Assembly (NCBI GenBank): GCA_951406725.2
Contig: OX597824.1
Location: forward strand, 28,954,001 to 29,018,000
Length of the DNA stretch: 64,000 bases
From: Octopus vulgaris
Taxonomy: Eukaryota
Reading direction: 5' to 3'
A model generated the notes under the pieces. That model worked only from the letters and a program-made list of their open reading frames with translations, did no database searches and was not told the origin of the DNA. Shown piece after piece: positions 52,516 through 64,000 of the stretch. The translations under genes were made by a program, and so were the position numbers. Positions within the stretch are counted from its first letter, which is position 1. Each line of letters opens with the position of its first letter.

Positions 52516-54595
52516 GCCAATTTGTATGTTTTGTTTTATGTATGTAGTTTCATGCATATAGTTGCATATCTTGACATGCTCATTTATATTTAAATGATAA
52601 ACTTCTGGAAAACTTTACAGATTTTTACAATTCCAGTGATGGATTGAAACTATAGTCTTCGAATTAACTTTGTCCTTTCTGGTTTTGAGAAGCCTAATTT
52701 CTTAAGATTGGTATTTAGGCAGTGAGTTACATATAAGAGGGCCCCAATCATTACAGACATAAACCTGAACTTGTGATCTATATAGAATATCAGCAGATTT
52801 CTCAATAGTTCAGCGTAGATATTCTCTTTTGCCCTGATCTTCAGCTTTATGTTAACATCCGCTGGGCAGCTAATATCCACAATTGCGCTCACAGTTTCTC
52901 TTCTCTCAACCAAATCATTATGTCACGTCTGCTGAGCTTACATTTTATTGAAGTCTTCACTGGTACATTCTACCAGTACTCCTATATATTTTGAGTGGCT
53001 ATAGCTTCTACCGTACTGTGGGTTCTTATTTTTTTGTAATCGGTCTCATCCTTTCGGCAGATTTCATTATAGAATGTCCTGGCTACAACATCATGTCTCA
53101 TCGTTAGATAATACCGTGACGACATTTTCGGACAACCGCTTGTGATGTGGGTGATATCTTTGCTGTTAACTCCACAAAGTCTGTATCAATTGTCACATCT
53201 TACGGCTTTTCCCGCATCTCTAATCTCTTTTGTGCATCAGGTATATGGTTGATATTTCCTGTTCCTGAATTGCAAACGCATACCCTTCAAAGTGAGAGGT
53301 AGTAATCCGGCTATTGGTCTATGATAAACTTCTTTGATGTTCGATGTTGCTATCATTACAGAGCTTTCTGCTAGTATATCCATGCATATTCTTCTACTCA
53401 TATAGGCTCATTCTTTCATCTGCTAATATGTTGCGGTAGAGTCGTGCGACTTCTTTGGGCATGCATATAGGTCATCAGACAAAGAGTGTTGTTCAAGTTA
53501 CTGCCTTCCAGGTCTTATGATGTTATCAGCCTCATGTATGCAAACTTGGTCACTTCGACGCTTGGAGGTTAAAAGAAGTTGCCGAAGGGATATGATGCGG
53601 CATTCAAAGGCATTTTGGATCGATGTTAAGCCTCTGCCAGAGGCGACCTACGTCACTATTTATGTAGAAATTATTGTGCTTGTTAATATTTTTCGGATCT
53701 TCACATCAATGACCTGGATCTCAATCAAACAGCCTAAATGTTGGTATGAGTACTGGCACAGTAAACACATTGTGGGCCACTTTTTTATTGAATGCAGAGA
53801 GTCATGAGGTCCAGATTTTCTTTATTCGTCCGTAATATTCTTTTGTGACGCATGTTTTGTTATAGGTGCCACTGTAAGATATATTTTCATCCACTGCTAG
53901 ATATCTGTAACATTCCTCGTCAGATACAGAAGAAAGAATCAAATCATTGATGGAGGTAACTGCTTATTTGGTTTATAGTTTTCCCTTTTTTTACAACCAT
54001 ATATCAACATTTATACTGACCAAACTCCAACCCTACTTTCTTTGAGAATGTTGTAACTTGGTCAAGGCGCTTTTTCATCTCATGCATATTCTTTGTATAA
54101 AGTTTTAAGTCATCCACAAAGAGCAGTGTGTAATTTTGTTATTTCTTTTCCTTGTGAACCAGTGAGATATCCTTCAGAATTTCTTTAACATGAATGACAA
54201 GAGATTTATAGAAAGTATAAACAACATCACAGCGAGACTGTCTCCTTGGAATATGCCTTTGCGATATTGTATTCTATCGGTGAGAATGCAGTCATTTGTT
54301 GTGTTTAATCTCAAGATGGTGGCCCTCGATAAAGTCAGCTCAGCTATAGCTTTGACTATTCTCACTGGAACTTTAGCAAGTTCAAGGTCTTCTAGCATCC
54401 TTGATTGGGGAAGAGAGTAAACAGCTTTCTTGTAATCTAGCCACATTTAACCTAGGTTCCTCCCATGCTCTCCCACTTTTGACATCACAGTTTTGTTGAT
54501 TAGCAATTACTCAGCACATCCCCAGGCTCCCTTCTTCCCAACTGCTGGTTCTGCTCTAATAATGTTATTGGTTTCACAATGGTCTTGGAGGCGAG
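52516..54595 (-). mobile_element. 5'-truncated R4/Dong-like RLE retrotransposon in (TATG)n
   Basis: WLDYKKA, GIFQGDSL..LFIL, FVDDLKLY, RLCGVNSKDITHITSGC (CCHC remnant), RHDVVA, IVDISCPADVN..KEN.Y.EL; (TATG)n on both sides. Confidence 0.85.
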
Positions 54596-54679
54596 GTATG
54601 TATGTATGCATGTATGTATGTATGTATGTATGTATGTATGTATGTATGTATGTATGTATACACATCATTTTGTCTTCAA

Positions 54680-54965
54680 TTTGTTTCAGTCATTGGTCAG
54701 TAGTTATGCTAGGGCACCACCTTGAATGTTTTAGTCGAACCTTTCAAGAGTTAATTCAGGGGACAAATCCAAGCACACACCCACAAATATATACAGATAT
54801 TGACGGGCTTCCACCCAGTTCCTGTCAATCAAGCTCACTTACAAGGCATTGGTCAGCCCAGAGCTAAAGCAGAAGGCACTTGCCCAAGGAGCCGTGCAGT
54901 GATATTGAACCCGAAACCATGTGGTTGCAAAAAGAGCTTCTTAACCACATAGCATGGCTGCAGCT
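54680..54965 (-). mobile_element. SINE family B, diverged
   Basis: ttgtttcagtcatt..gcaccacc..gacgggcttc..cacttgcccaagg..gaacccgaaaccatgtggttg. Confidence 0.7.
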
Positions 54966-55030
54966 AAGTTTACGTTGTAAAATGCCGAAAGCAGAGATCA
55001 AACCAGAGACCTTTAGATCTTCCGTATATA

Positions 55031-55242
55031 TTCTTTTCTACTCTAGGCACAACGCCTGAAATTTTGGGGGAGAGGGCCAGTCGATTAGATCGACCCCAGT
55101 ACGCAACTGGTACTTAATTTATCGACCCCCGAAAGGATGAAAGGCAAAGTTGGCCTCGGCAGAATTTGAACGCAGAACGTAGAGACAGACGAAATACTGC
55201 TAAGCATTTCGCCCGGCGTGCTAGCGCTTCTGCCAGCTCGCT
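55031..55242 (-). mobile_element. SINE family A monomer
   Basis: Reverse complement of the head and one unit, with a ccaaaatttcaggcgttgtgcctagagtagaaaagaa tail. Confidence 0.8.
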
Positions 55243-57121
55243 GACTTTAAATATCTTCTTATATATCTTTGGTATATATTTCCAATACAAGTAAACAACT
55301 CGTGCGAGTTTGAACGCTTGTTTTATGAGCAAATAATGAAACCGTTTAACCAATTGGCCATCACATCTCTCCGCAGGACCAATCTGATGCATTTACTTGG
55401 TATTTACTGTGAAGGGCCCTTTATGCCAGAGTTGACTTCGCCTTTCAACCCCAGCCCTCCAGGGATCGATATAAATAATTACTCCTAATACACGGGGGTC
55501 GATTATATCGACCTATACCCCCCTACTACAAGTGTGTGGCTTTCTAACAATGTTACATCTCATTATTGCTAAAAAAAAATTCCAGTTAAGATAACAATGG
55601 ATTCATCACAAAGAACTTCAAGTCTAAATTAATTAACGCATCTGTATCATTAAAAATTAATTAGAGGAGCGGTTACGTTTCATTTTCAGCTAAATACGAA
55701 AAAAATCATTGTTATGCACAGCTGAATGATATCAAAACACAATAGGAATGAAATTAAACAATTAGCTTTATTTACTTTATTATTGGGTGAAACTGCGGTT
55801 AAAAAATAAAAAATATTTTCCGATACACAAGTTGATTACATAAAAAAATAGAACCATAAAGAGCTGATCTAACAAAACAATCTCTATCCGGTCGTCCCAC
55901 TTGCTAGAATTGTAGCCAAATCTCCGATAAGTCATTGGTCAGCCCAGAGCTATAGCAAAAGGCACTTGCCTAAGGTTCTAACTTCTTCAGATCGGAAGGA
56001 AGCTATGGATAATGAAGTCCTAGCTGTAGGATAGGATCTTTTATCTTCTGCTTGTTCTAGTTGTTGAACTGAGGTCATGCTGGAGCACAGGTTTGAAGAG
56101 TTTGATTGAACAAATCGAACCCACAACTTAATTATTTCTCCTTTGCCGAACCGTTAAGTTACGCGGATGGAAACAAACCAACTGCGGTTGTCAAGCCGAG
56201 TAGCGAAACAAACACAGACTAATCTCGATCTGCTAACAATAGAAGTCAAATTTTATATATCAAGTCCTGTCTTCTTAGGAATGACACATTGGAAAATATA
56301 CTCCTAGGTACATTGTGCATCAGACAAAATTAGGGGATTTAACTCTAGAATGTCTTTGATGATGAGTTGGTTCATTCTGGGATTATCTAGACCTAAACAT
56401 TATCAATAACAGCAACAGAATCTACCGAATGTATCATAATGATGGGACACATTTTAAAACGCAAGTATATGGGGCTGAAACAAAATTATTTATTGAGGTT
56501 TGCGTATAATAGATAAATGAACGGTATTTCATCATGATCAAACACCTATGATACTGTCTAAGTTTGAGACAGCATTTTTTAAATGTATTTATCTTATGTA
56601 ACGTTTCTGGTGATTTATAAAACTCACTTTCACCCACCAAAATCTCAAAATATCACCGCAGATCTCATATATCAATTTTGGTCTATATTACATGTTTTAA
56701 TGAACAAAAAAAAAACAATTTTTCCTGATTGAGTATTGCTGAAATTAGGATACGCCTGATGTGCCCGTGCTGGTTTTTGTTTCGTATGGCATCATTAACT
56801 ACGCTATGATGTTGTTTGCTCTTGAATAAAGCTGTCTACTATCTAAATGACGTACGTAATAGGCTAAAACTGTCTACAACCTAAAAGACATAAAAATTTT
56901 GTGTCCAAGTCCTTGGGTCAGCTAATTTTTCTTCCAACGTAACTACAAGTGATTCGTTGATCAATGAGACCTGACTGCCTAAACAATTACAATAAAGAAA
57001 ATTTATATGTAAAACACCCTTCTGAAAGTTTATGGTGTAATCTTTGTTGTGGTTTTTGTACGGAGTGGATCCGAACAAAAATTTTATTTCAAAATCCAAG
57101 AAAAAACAAGAAACCATTAGT

Positions 57122-57434
57122 TTTTTTGTTGTTGCTTGTTCCTTCTCGAGCCATGCCTGGCTCATAAGGGCCGGTTTCCCGGTTTCCTTGGCGTATAGGT
57201 TCCCCACATGGACGGGACACCGGCCCATCGAAGATGAGCTGCAAGATGCAGGAGGAAAGAGAGAGAAAGTTGTGGCGAAAGGATCAGCAGAAGTTTTGCC
57301 ATTACCTTCTGCCGGAGCCGCGCGGAGCTTAGGTGTTTCGCTCATAAACGCACACATCGTCCGGGCTGAGATTCGAACCCGCGATCCCTCAACCGCGAGT
57401 CCGCTGCTCTAACCACTAGGCCATGTGCCCCCAC
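57122..57434 (-). mobile_element. tRNA-derived SINE, family C
   Basis: Minus-strand head tggcctagtggttagagcagcggactcgcgg..gggttcgaatctc; 11-bp TSD aaaccattagt at 57111-57121 and 57435-57445. Confidence 0.85.
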
Positions 57435-57782
57435 AAACCATTAGTAAAAAAAAATGATTCATGAAGAGTCCTGCATCATGCCTTGTATCAACAATTTGTT
57501 TTTGACCATCACCCTTGCTTTGCAAATGTTCTCTTATATCAGTTTATTGAAGGGAGGTTAGCTAACAGAATCGTGAGCATAGAGTACAATATTGAAAGCA
57601 GCTTCTCATCCGTCTTTACGTTGTGAGTTTAAATTCCGTGGAAGTCGACTTTGCCTTTCATCTTTTTGGGGTCGAAAAAGTAAATACCAGCTAAGAACTG
57701 ATGTCGATGCAATCGATTAGAATCTCCCCACAAAATTTCATGCTTTCTGCCTATAGTAGAAATGATTATATCAGTCTATACA

Positions 57783-58168
57783 TGAAGGCGGCGAGCTGGC
57801 AGACACGTTAGCACGCCGGGCGAAATGCTTAGCAGTATTTCGTCTGCCGAACGTTCTTTCATCCTTTCGGGGTCGATTAAATAAGTACCAGTTACGCACT
57901 GGGGTCGATGTAATCGACTTAATACCTATGTCTGGCCTTGTTTGTCCCCACCATGATTGACCCCTTGTGGATAATAAAGAAATAGGTATTTCGTCTGTCG
58001 TTACGTTCTGAGTTCAAATTCAGCCGAAGTCGACTTTGCCCTTCATCCTTTCGGAGTCGATAAATAAAGTACCAGTTTCGCACTGGTGTCGATGTAATGG
58101 ACTTAATCCCTTTATCTGTTCTTGTTTGTCCCCTCTATATTTAGCCCCTTGTGGGCAATAAAGAAATA
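57783..58168 (+). mobile_element. SINE family A dimer
   Basis: Head plus two units; perfect 16-bp TSD tatatcagtctataca at 57767-57782 and 58169-58184. Confidence 0.85.
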
Positions 58169-60284
58169 TATATCAGTCTATACAAAGGTAATGAGCTGGC
58201 AAAATCTTTTTTTTCCGGCTCCTTATGTTCTGAGTTCAAATGCCGCTGAAGTTGACTTTACCTTTTATCCCACCAGGATCGATAGAATAAAAAATCAATG
58301 AACACCGATCGATGTAATTGATTTACCGCTCTCTTTGAAATTGCTGGTCCTGTGCCAGAATTACAAAGAATTATATCAGTATGTTCATGAACTGACAACC
58401 CAGTCAATATTCTGTAACTCCCAGAACCTCAGATTAAAGATTACCAACACTTTATACACCCTCGACTTTTGGCAACGAATTGTTAAACTGGAAAATGAAT
58501 GACTAAACAAAGTGACTGAATTGCTCCGAAAACGATTACCAACGTTATATTACTCCAATAATTGTTATGTCATTCTAAACACTCGAACTAAATTGAAAGA
58601 ATGATTAATGCCATTAACACAAATAGCATTGAAATTTTGTTCATTATCTGCCGTTGAACATCTCTTCCATAACCATCCATATATGCAGATGGTGATAGCT
58701 TTGAGATGAATCGTCTTTCACCTATTTTTCAGTTTCTTTTCTTTTTAATTGGATAAACCTTAGAAAAATAGAACTGTCTTGTAAATATAGTTTTTTTTTT
58801 GCATAAAAAATCTATATATATATAAAAAAATCGTTACTGAGCGGTTCGGCAAAAGACACCGATAGAATAAGTACTGGGCTTACAAAAGAATAAGTTCCGG
58901 GGTCGAGTTGCTCGATTAAAGGCGGTGTTCCAGCATGGCCGCAGTCAAATGACTGAAACAAGTAAAAGTGTAAAAGAGTAAAAGAGTATAATGCTTTCTT
59001 ATTTTTCTCGATGTCCTTTGGTCTGTACAAATGCCTAATCCAAATATCTGGTCTTTATGAATGTTACATAGCGATTCCTGATAAAGAGTATAAAGTATCA
59101 ACTGAACACATTCGTTCTTCACAAATACGATATTCTTACACTATTTTTCCTTATTACTGAGAGCTTTTGCCATGACAGAATCAAAATCTTCCAGTAGTTT
59201 TATTAAGCCATCAAAATTTACAAATTTGTAAAATATTTTCAGCGTTCTTACAATAAGAGCAATGAACACGAACCCCATACAAAGGCAAGAATACCACTCC
59301 AATTAATATAAAATTGATAACTAATACACAGAATAACTGTTTTGTTCTCATGGTTAAAAGAATAACTATAATATTCACTCTAAACTAAAAAAATAACTAT
59401 CGTCCCACTCTAAACTAACCTGGCTTGTATAATGCAAATAAATAGCATTCTTTTGAACAAAAACAAAAATAGTCTCGAAAAACATTTTCAATTATCAATT
59501 TTAATTAAAACTTGATAATTGAAAATAATTGTGTAAAATACAGAAAAATTGTTCCCCACTACCATCTTTCTCTGGAAGAGGTGAATGCAAAATCTAAGGT
59601 TGTAAATAAACAGATTTTAGCATAGTTCTGCATGAAGTTGTTTACGTGCGATGTTTGCGATGATTACGGATGAATATTACCGACCAGATTTTGAGAAGAA
59701 CGATGGAGATGACTTAATTAGCGGAAAAAAGTCTCCGAAGAAAAATAAAAATCTAGAATAAAACTCCTACCGAAAATAGGTGTTATATATCCTAAACACA
59801 CCCACACACACATATAGGCACATAAACACAGACACACACACGCACACACACTCGTAGAAGTAAAGTGAAAACGAGACAGATTGATAGATCACCTGTTTAT
59901 TAACGGCGCCTGATGACACAAACCGGAAGTAAACTGAAACGTATCATTCATTACCGGGAACTATAAAATATGACATTTGACATCCACTAACAACTTTGTT
60001 TAGTAAATATAAAGAAGAGATGATAATTACGAAGGGTTATTCATTCTGGAAAAGGAATGGAATACTTAGACTCTGAAAATACACTTTAACTACTAAGTAA
60101 TTCAAGAAAGAAGAGGCAGATCAGATTCCAAAACATTTTCGAGACATGCAAGACTGGCGCTGTGCTTGCAGCTGATGTGCACTGTAAACATCTGTAGATC
60201 TACATCTTCAAGAAGAAGCATGATTGCAAAGGAAATTCTAAGGAAAATCATTGTAAAATTCCTTATCAAAGATGTAATCAGTAT

Positions 60285-60447
60285 AAAGAGTGGCTGTGTG
60301 ATATGTAGCTTGCTTACCAACTACATGGATCCGGGTTCAGTCCCACTGCGTGGCACCTTGGGTAAGTGTCTTCTACTATAGCCTCAGGCCGACTAAAGCC
60401 TTATGAGTGGATTTGGTAGACGGAAACTCAAAGAAGCCCGTCGTATA

Positions 60448-60483
<36 letters not shown>

Positions 60484-60705
60484 TATGTGTGTGTGTGTGT
60501 AAGTTTGTGTGTCTGTGCTTGTCCCCCTAGCATTGCATGACAACCGATGCTGGTGTGTTTATGTCCCCGTCACTTAGCAGTTCGGCAAGAGAAACCGATA
60601 AAATAAGTACTGGACTTATAAAGAATAAGTTGATTTGCTCGACTAAAGACGGTGCTCCAGCATGGCCGCATTCAAATGACTGAAACAAGTAAAAGAGAGT
60701 AAAAT
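60285..60705 (+). mobile_element. SINE family B, near full length
   Basis: gagtggctgtgtg..gggttcagtcccactgcgtggcaccttggg..(TA/TG)n..gactgaaacaagtaaaagag; 3' fragment also at ~58830-58990. Confidence 0.85.
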
Positions 60706-60959
60706 AGAGTTCGTGAACCGTTGGTTTGCGAGAAGGAATTCCCTTAATCGAGTTATTAATGTTTTTATCGCATATATAGGAAGAGATTTGCTATTTCGTC
60801 GGCAATAAAAACTATATATAAACTATAGAAACTATAGAAGCAGGCGCGTACGCTTGCTACAGCGTGAACTCAGCAACAGGACCAAAGAATGGCAGGATTA
60901 AACCAGGCGGTATATTTGACCCACCAGCCAAAACTTAACATTACTACAGCTTGAAAAAT

Positions 60960-61706
60960 ATTCTTTTCTACTCTAGGCACAAGGCCAGAAAATTTTTGGG
61001 TAGTGGGTCAGACGGAACTGTTGGTTAATTTATCGACTCCGAAAGGATGAAGGCAAAGTCGACCTCGGCGGAATTTGAACTCAGAACGTAGCGACAGAAG
61101 AAATACCCAATTCTTTACTAACCACAAGTGGCTAAACACAGAGAGGACAAACAAGGACAGACAAACGGATTAAGTCGATTATATCGACACCAGTGCGTAA
61201 CTGGTACTTATTTACTCGACGCTGAAAGGATGAAAGGCAAAGTCAACATCGGCGGAATTTGAACTCAGAACGTAGCGGCAGACAAAATACCTATTTCTCT
61301 ACTACCCACAAGGGGCTAAACACAGAGAGGACAAACAAGGACAGACAAACGGATTAAGTCGACTACATCGACCCTTGTGCGTAACTGGTACTTATTTAAT
61401 CGACCCCGAAAGGATGAAAGGCAAAGTCGACCTCGGCAGAATTTGATCTCAAAACGTAACGGCAGACGAAATACCTATTTCTTTATTACCCACAAGGGGC
61501 TAAACACAGAGGGGACAAACAAGGACAGACATAGGTATTAAGTCGATTACATCGACCCCAGTGCGTAACTGGTACTTAATTTATCGACCCCGAAAGGATG
61601 AAAGGCAAAGTCGACCTCGGTGGAATTTGAACTCACAACGTAACGCAGACGAAATACCGCTAAGCATTTCGCCCGGCGCGCTAACGTCTCTGCTTGCTCA
61701 CTGCCT
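60960..61706 (-). mobile_element. SINE family A multimer (about four units)
   Basis: Repeated gaaaggatgaaaggcaaagtc..cggcggaatttgaactcagaacgta at ~184-bp spacing; single head at the right end. Confidence 0.85.
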
Positions 61707-62751
61707 TATTCGGCTTGAAAAATATTGTTGTTATCGTTGTTGCTGTTATTGCTATTGTTTTTCTCACAATATTTTCTCACAACATTTCTCACAAGACCCG
61801 GTTTACAACAGAATACGCTTGCCTGAGGTGCCGAGCAATGTGACCGATCCCAAGATCATATGGCTGCAAAGCAAGCTTCTTAACCACATTGCAATGCTTG
61901 CACCTTTATAATTATCGATTTCACATTTTGGTACAAGGCCAGCAAGTTAGGGGAGGGTTAAGTACCCAACTGCTATTTAATTTATCGACCCCGAAAGGAT
62001 GAAATGCAAAGTCAGCTCCAGCGGCATTTGAACCCCGAACTTAAAGACGGAGAGAAGGCCGCCAGACATTGTGTCCGACGTGCTAACGATCCTGCCATCT
62101 GAACGACTTATACGCCTATATAATTATTCTTTTCTATTCTGGGCACAAAGCCCAAAATTTTGGGGGAGGAGGCCAGTCGATTAAATCGACCCCAGTACGC
62201 ATCTGGCACTTAATTTATCGACCCCGAAAGGATGAAATGCAAAGTCAGCCCCAGCGGCATTTGAACCCAGAACGTAAAGACTGACAGAAGGCCGCCAGAC
62301 ACTGTTTTCCGGCGTGCTAACGATTCTGCTTATACGCCTTTATAATTATTTATAATTATTAGCATAACGAAAGCTTTTTCTGGTTAGTCTTGATTTGTAA
62401 AGAGAAGTTCTGAGAAGTTCTGAGAAGTTTTGATATTTGATATAATGAAGTATTGCGTTGTTCAGTTGGAATGCCATTTGTAATAATTGGTAGAATATCA
62501 GCTGAATGGTTATTCTAAAATTAGGTGTGGATGCGAAGGCTTACTGTGAAATTGCTTAAAATATCTAATTTATAATATTATTTCATATATGGTCTTAATG
62601 TAAAGAAACAGAGATGATATATGTTGATGTTAGGACCTCTGGGATTTTCCAACTAGCGGCAAGTTTGTGACCGCATTTTATAATAGACGAAAATTAGTGA
62701 ATATACGCTTGTGTCGCTTGTTTATACTTGAGCTTTCGCGTATATCGGTCA

Positions 62752-62786
<35 letters not shown>

Positions 62787-62990
62787 TACACACACACACA
62801 CACACTCATACACCCTCCACACACATATGTATACATGTAAGTATGCATATGTATATTTGTGTGCATATGTGTGCGTATGTCTGTCTATAAATTAAGAATT
62901 GAATATATATATATATATATATGTATGCGTTTATGTGTATCTATGCATGTGTGTGCACGCGCGCACGTGTGTGTGTCTGTGTGTGTCTGT

Positions 62991-63029
<39 letters not shown>

Positions 63030-63030
63030 T

Positions 63031-63063
<33 letters not shown>

Positions 63064-63648
63064 ATATGTCTATTTTCCAACAACAAAATAGGGGCAAGCA
63101 AACGAAGAATTTCAAATGCACATACTTCTTGGATACCAACAGGAATTTATTTATTACTTTACCATATGGTAATGAACCAGAAATAAATAGAATTTGTTTA
63201 TCTGCTCGTCGAGGTTTAGTTCTCTGTTTCATTTAGTATTTTCTTTTAATGGAGACTGATCCACATGCAAAAGTATGGATCGTCTAACGGATGCAAAAAG
63301 TTCGAAATTTTCTAAGAACAGATTAGAATTAATATTGGTTTCGATGTTTGTTACAAGGCCAGCAATTCTGGGGGTAGGGGAAATCCGATTACATCGATCC
63401 AGGGCTCATCTACTATTTATTTTTCCCTATACACCGAATCGATGAAAGGCAAACACGTGCTCGACGGAATTTGAACACAGAACATGAAGTCAGACGAAAT
63501 GTTGCTAAGCTATTTGCCCACTGCATTACCAACTCTGCTTGGATTAGATTAATATTGAACTCTAACAAAGAGCCGTAAATTTTGGAGAAGGTAAGTTTCT
63601 ATTAGATCCATAGGTAGTTCTTTGATGTTAATATTTAATTATGATGTT

Positions 63649-64000
63649 AAGGCGGCAAGTTGGCAGAATCGTTAGCATGCTTAGCGGTATTTCGTCTGCC
63701 GCTACGTTCTGAGTTCAAATTCCGCCGAGATCGACTTTGCCTTTCATCCTTTCGGGGTCGATTAAATAAGTACCAGTTACGCATTGGGGTCTATATAATC
63801 GACTTAATCTGTTTGTCTGTCCTTGTTTGTCCCCTCTGTGTTTAGCCTTTTGTAGGTAGTAAAGAGATAAGTATTTCGTCGGTTGTTACGTTCTGAGTTT
63901 AAATTTCACTGAGGTCGACCTTTCGGTTTCGATTATATGAGTACTAGTTACGCACTGGGGTCGATGTAATCGACTTAATCCCTTTCCCAAAATGTCAGGC
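63649..64000 (+). mobile_element. SINE family A dimer running to the window end
   Basis: aaggcggcaagttggcagaatcgttagc head, one full unit and a second diverged unit. Confidence 0.8.

Noticed and set aside
59905-59945. CTGATGA...GAAACGTA motif
   Set aside because: Neither stem I nor stem II pairs; at best an unrecognisable relic.

Overview
AT-rich, repeat-saturated metazoan DNA, intergenic or deep-intronic. The tRNA-derived SINE set, dense microsatellites and TTAGGG-type repeats suggest a cephalopod such as Octopus (inference). I find no credible host protein-coding exon. Nearly all listed ORFs are microsatellite translations or pieces of decayed transposons: mariner/Tc1/maT, a pogo-like MITE, non-autonomous Helitrons, APE-type and RTE LINE fragments, and two R4/Dong-like RLE retrotransposons. 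A 1.4-kb degenerate interstitial (CCCTAA)n array lies at 47.8-49.2 kb. The most interesting signal is non-coding: about ten minimal type I hammerhead-ribozyme motifs (core CUGANGA or the compensatory UUGAAAA, stem II, GAAA, palindromic stem III, NUH). They occur in at least six short non-coding element types. These include a ~369-bp terminally redundant retrozyme-like unit, a 512-bp near-perfect palindrome with an intact hammerhead on each strand, and a tRNA-headed SINE with a hammerhead-like tail bounded by a target-site duplication (TSD). All folds were read by eye; activity and novelty are untested.
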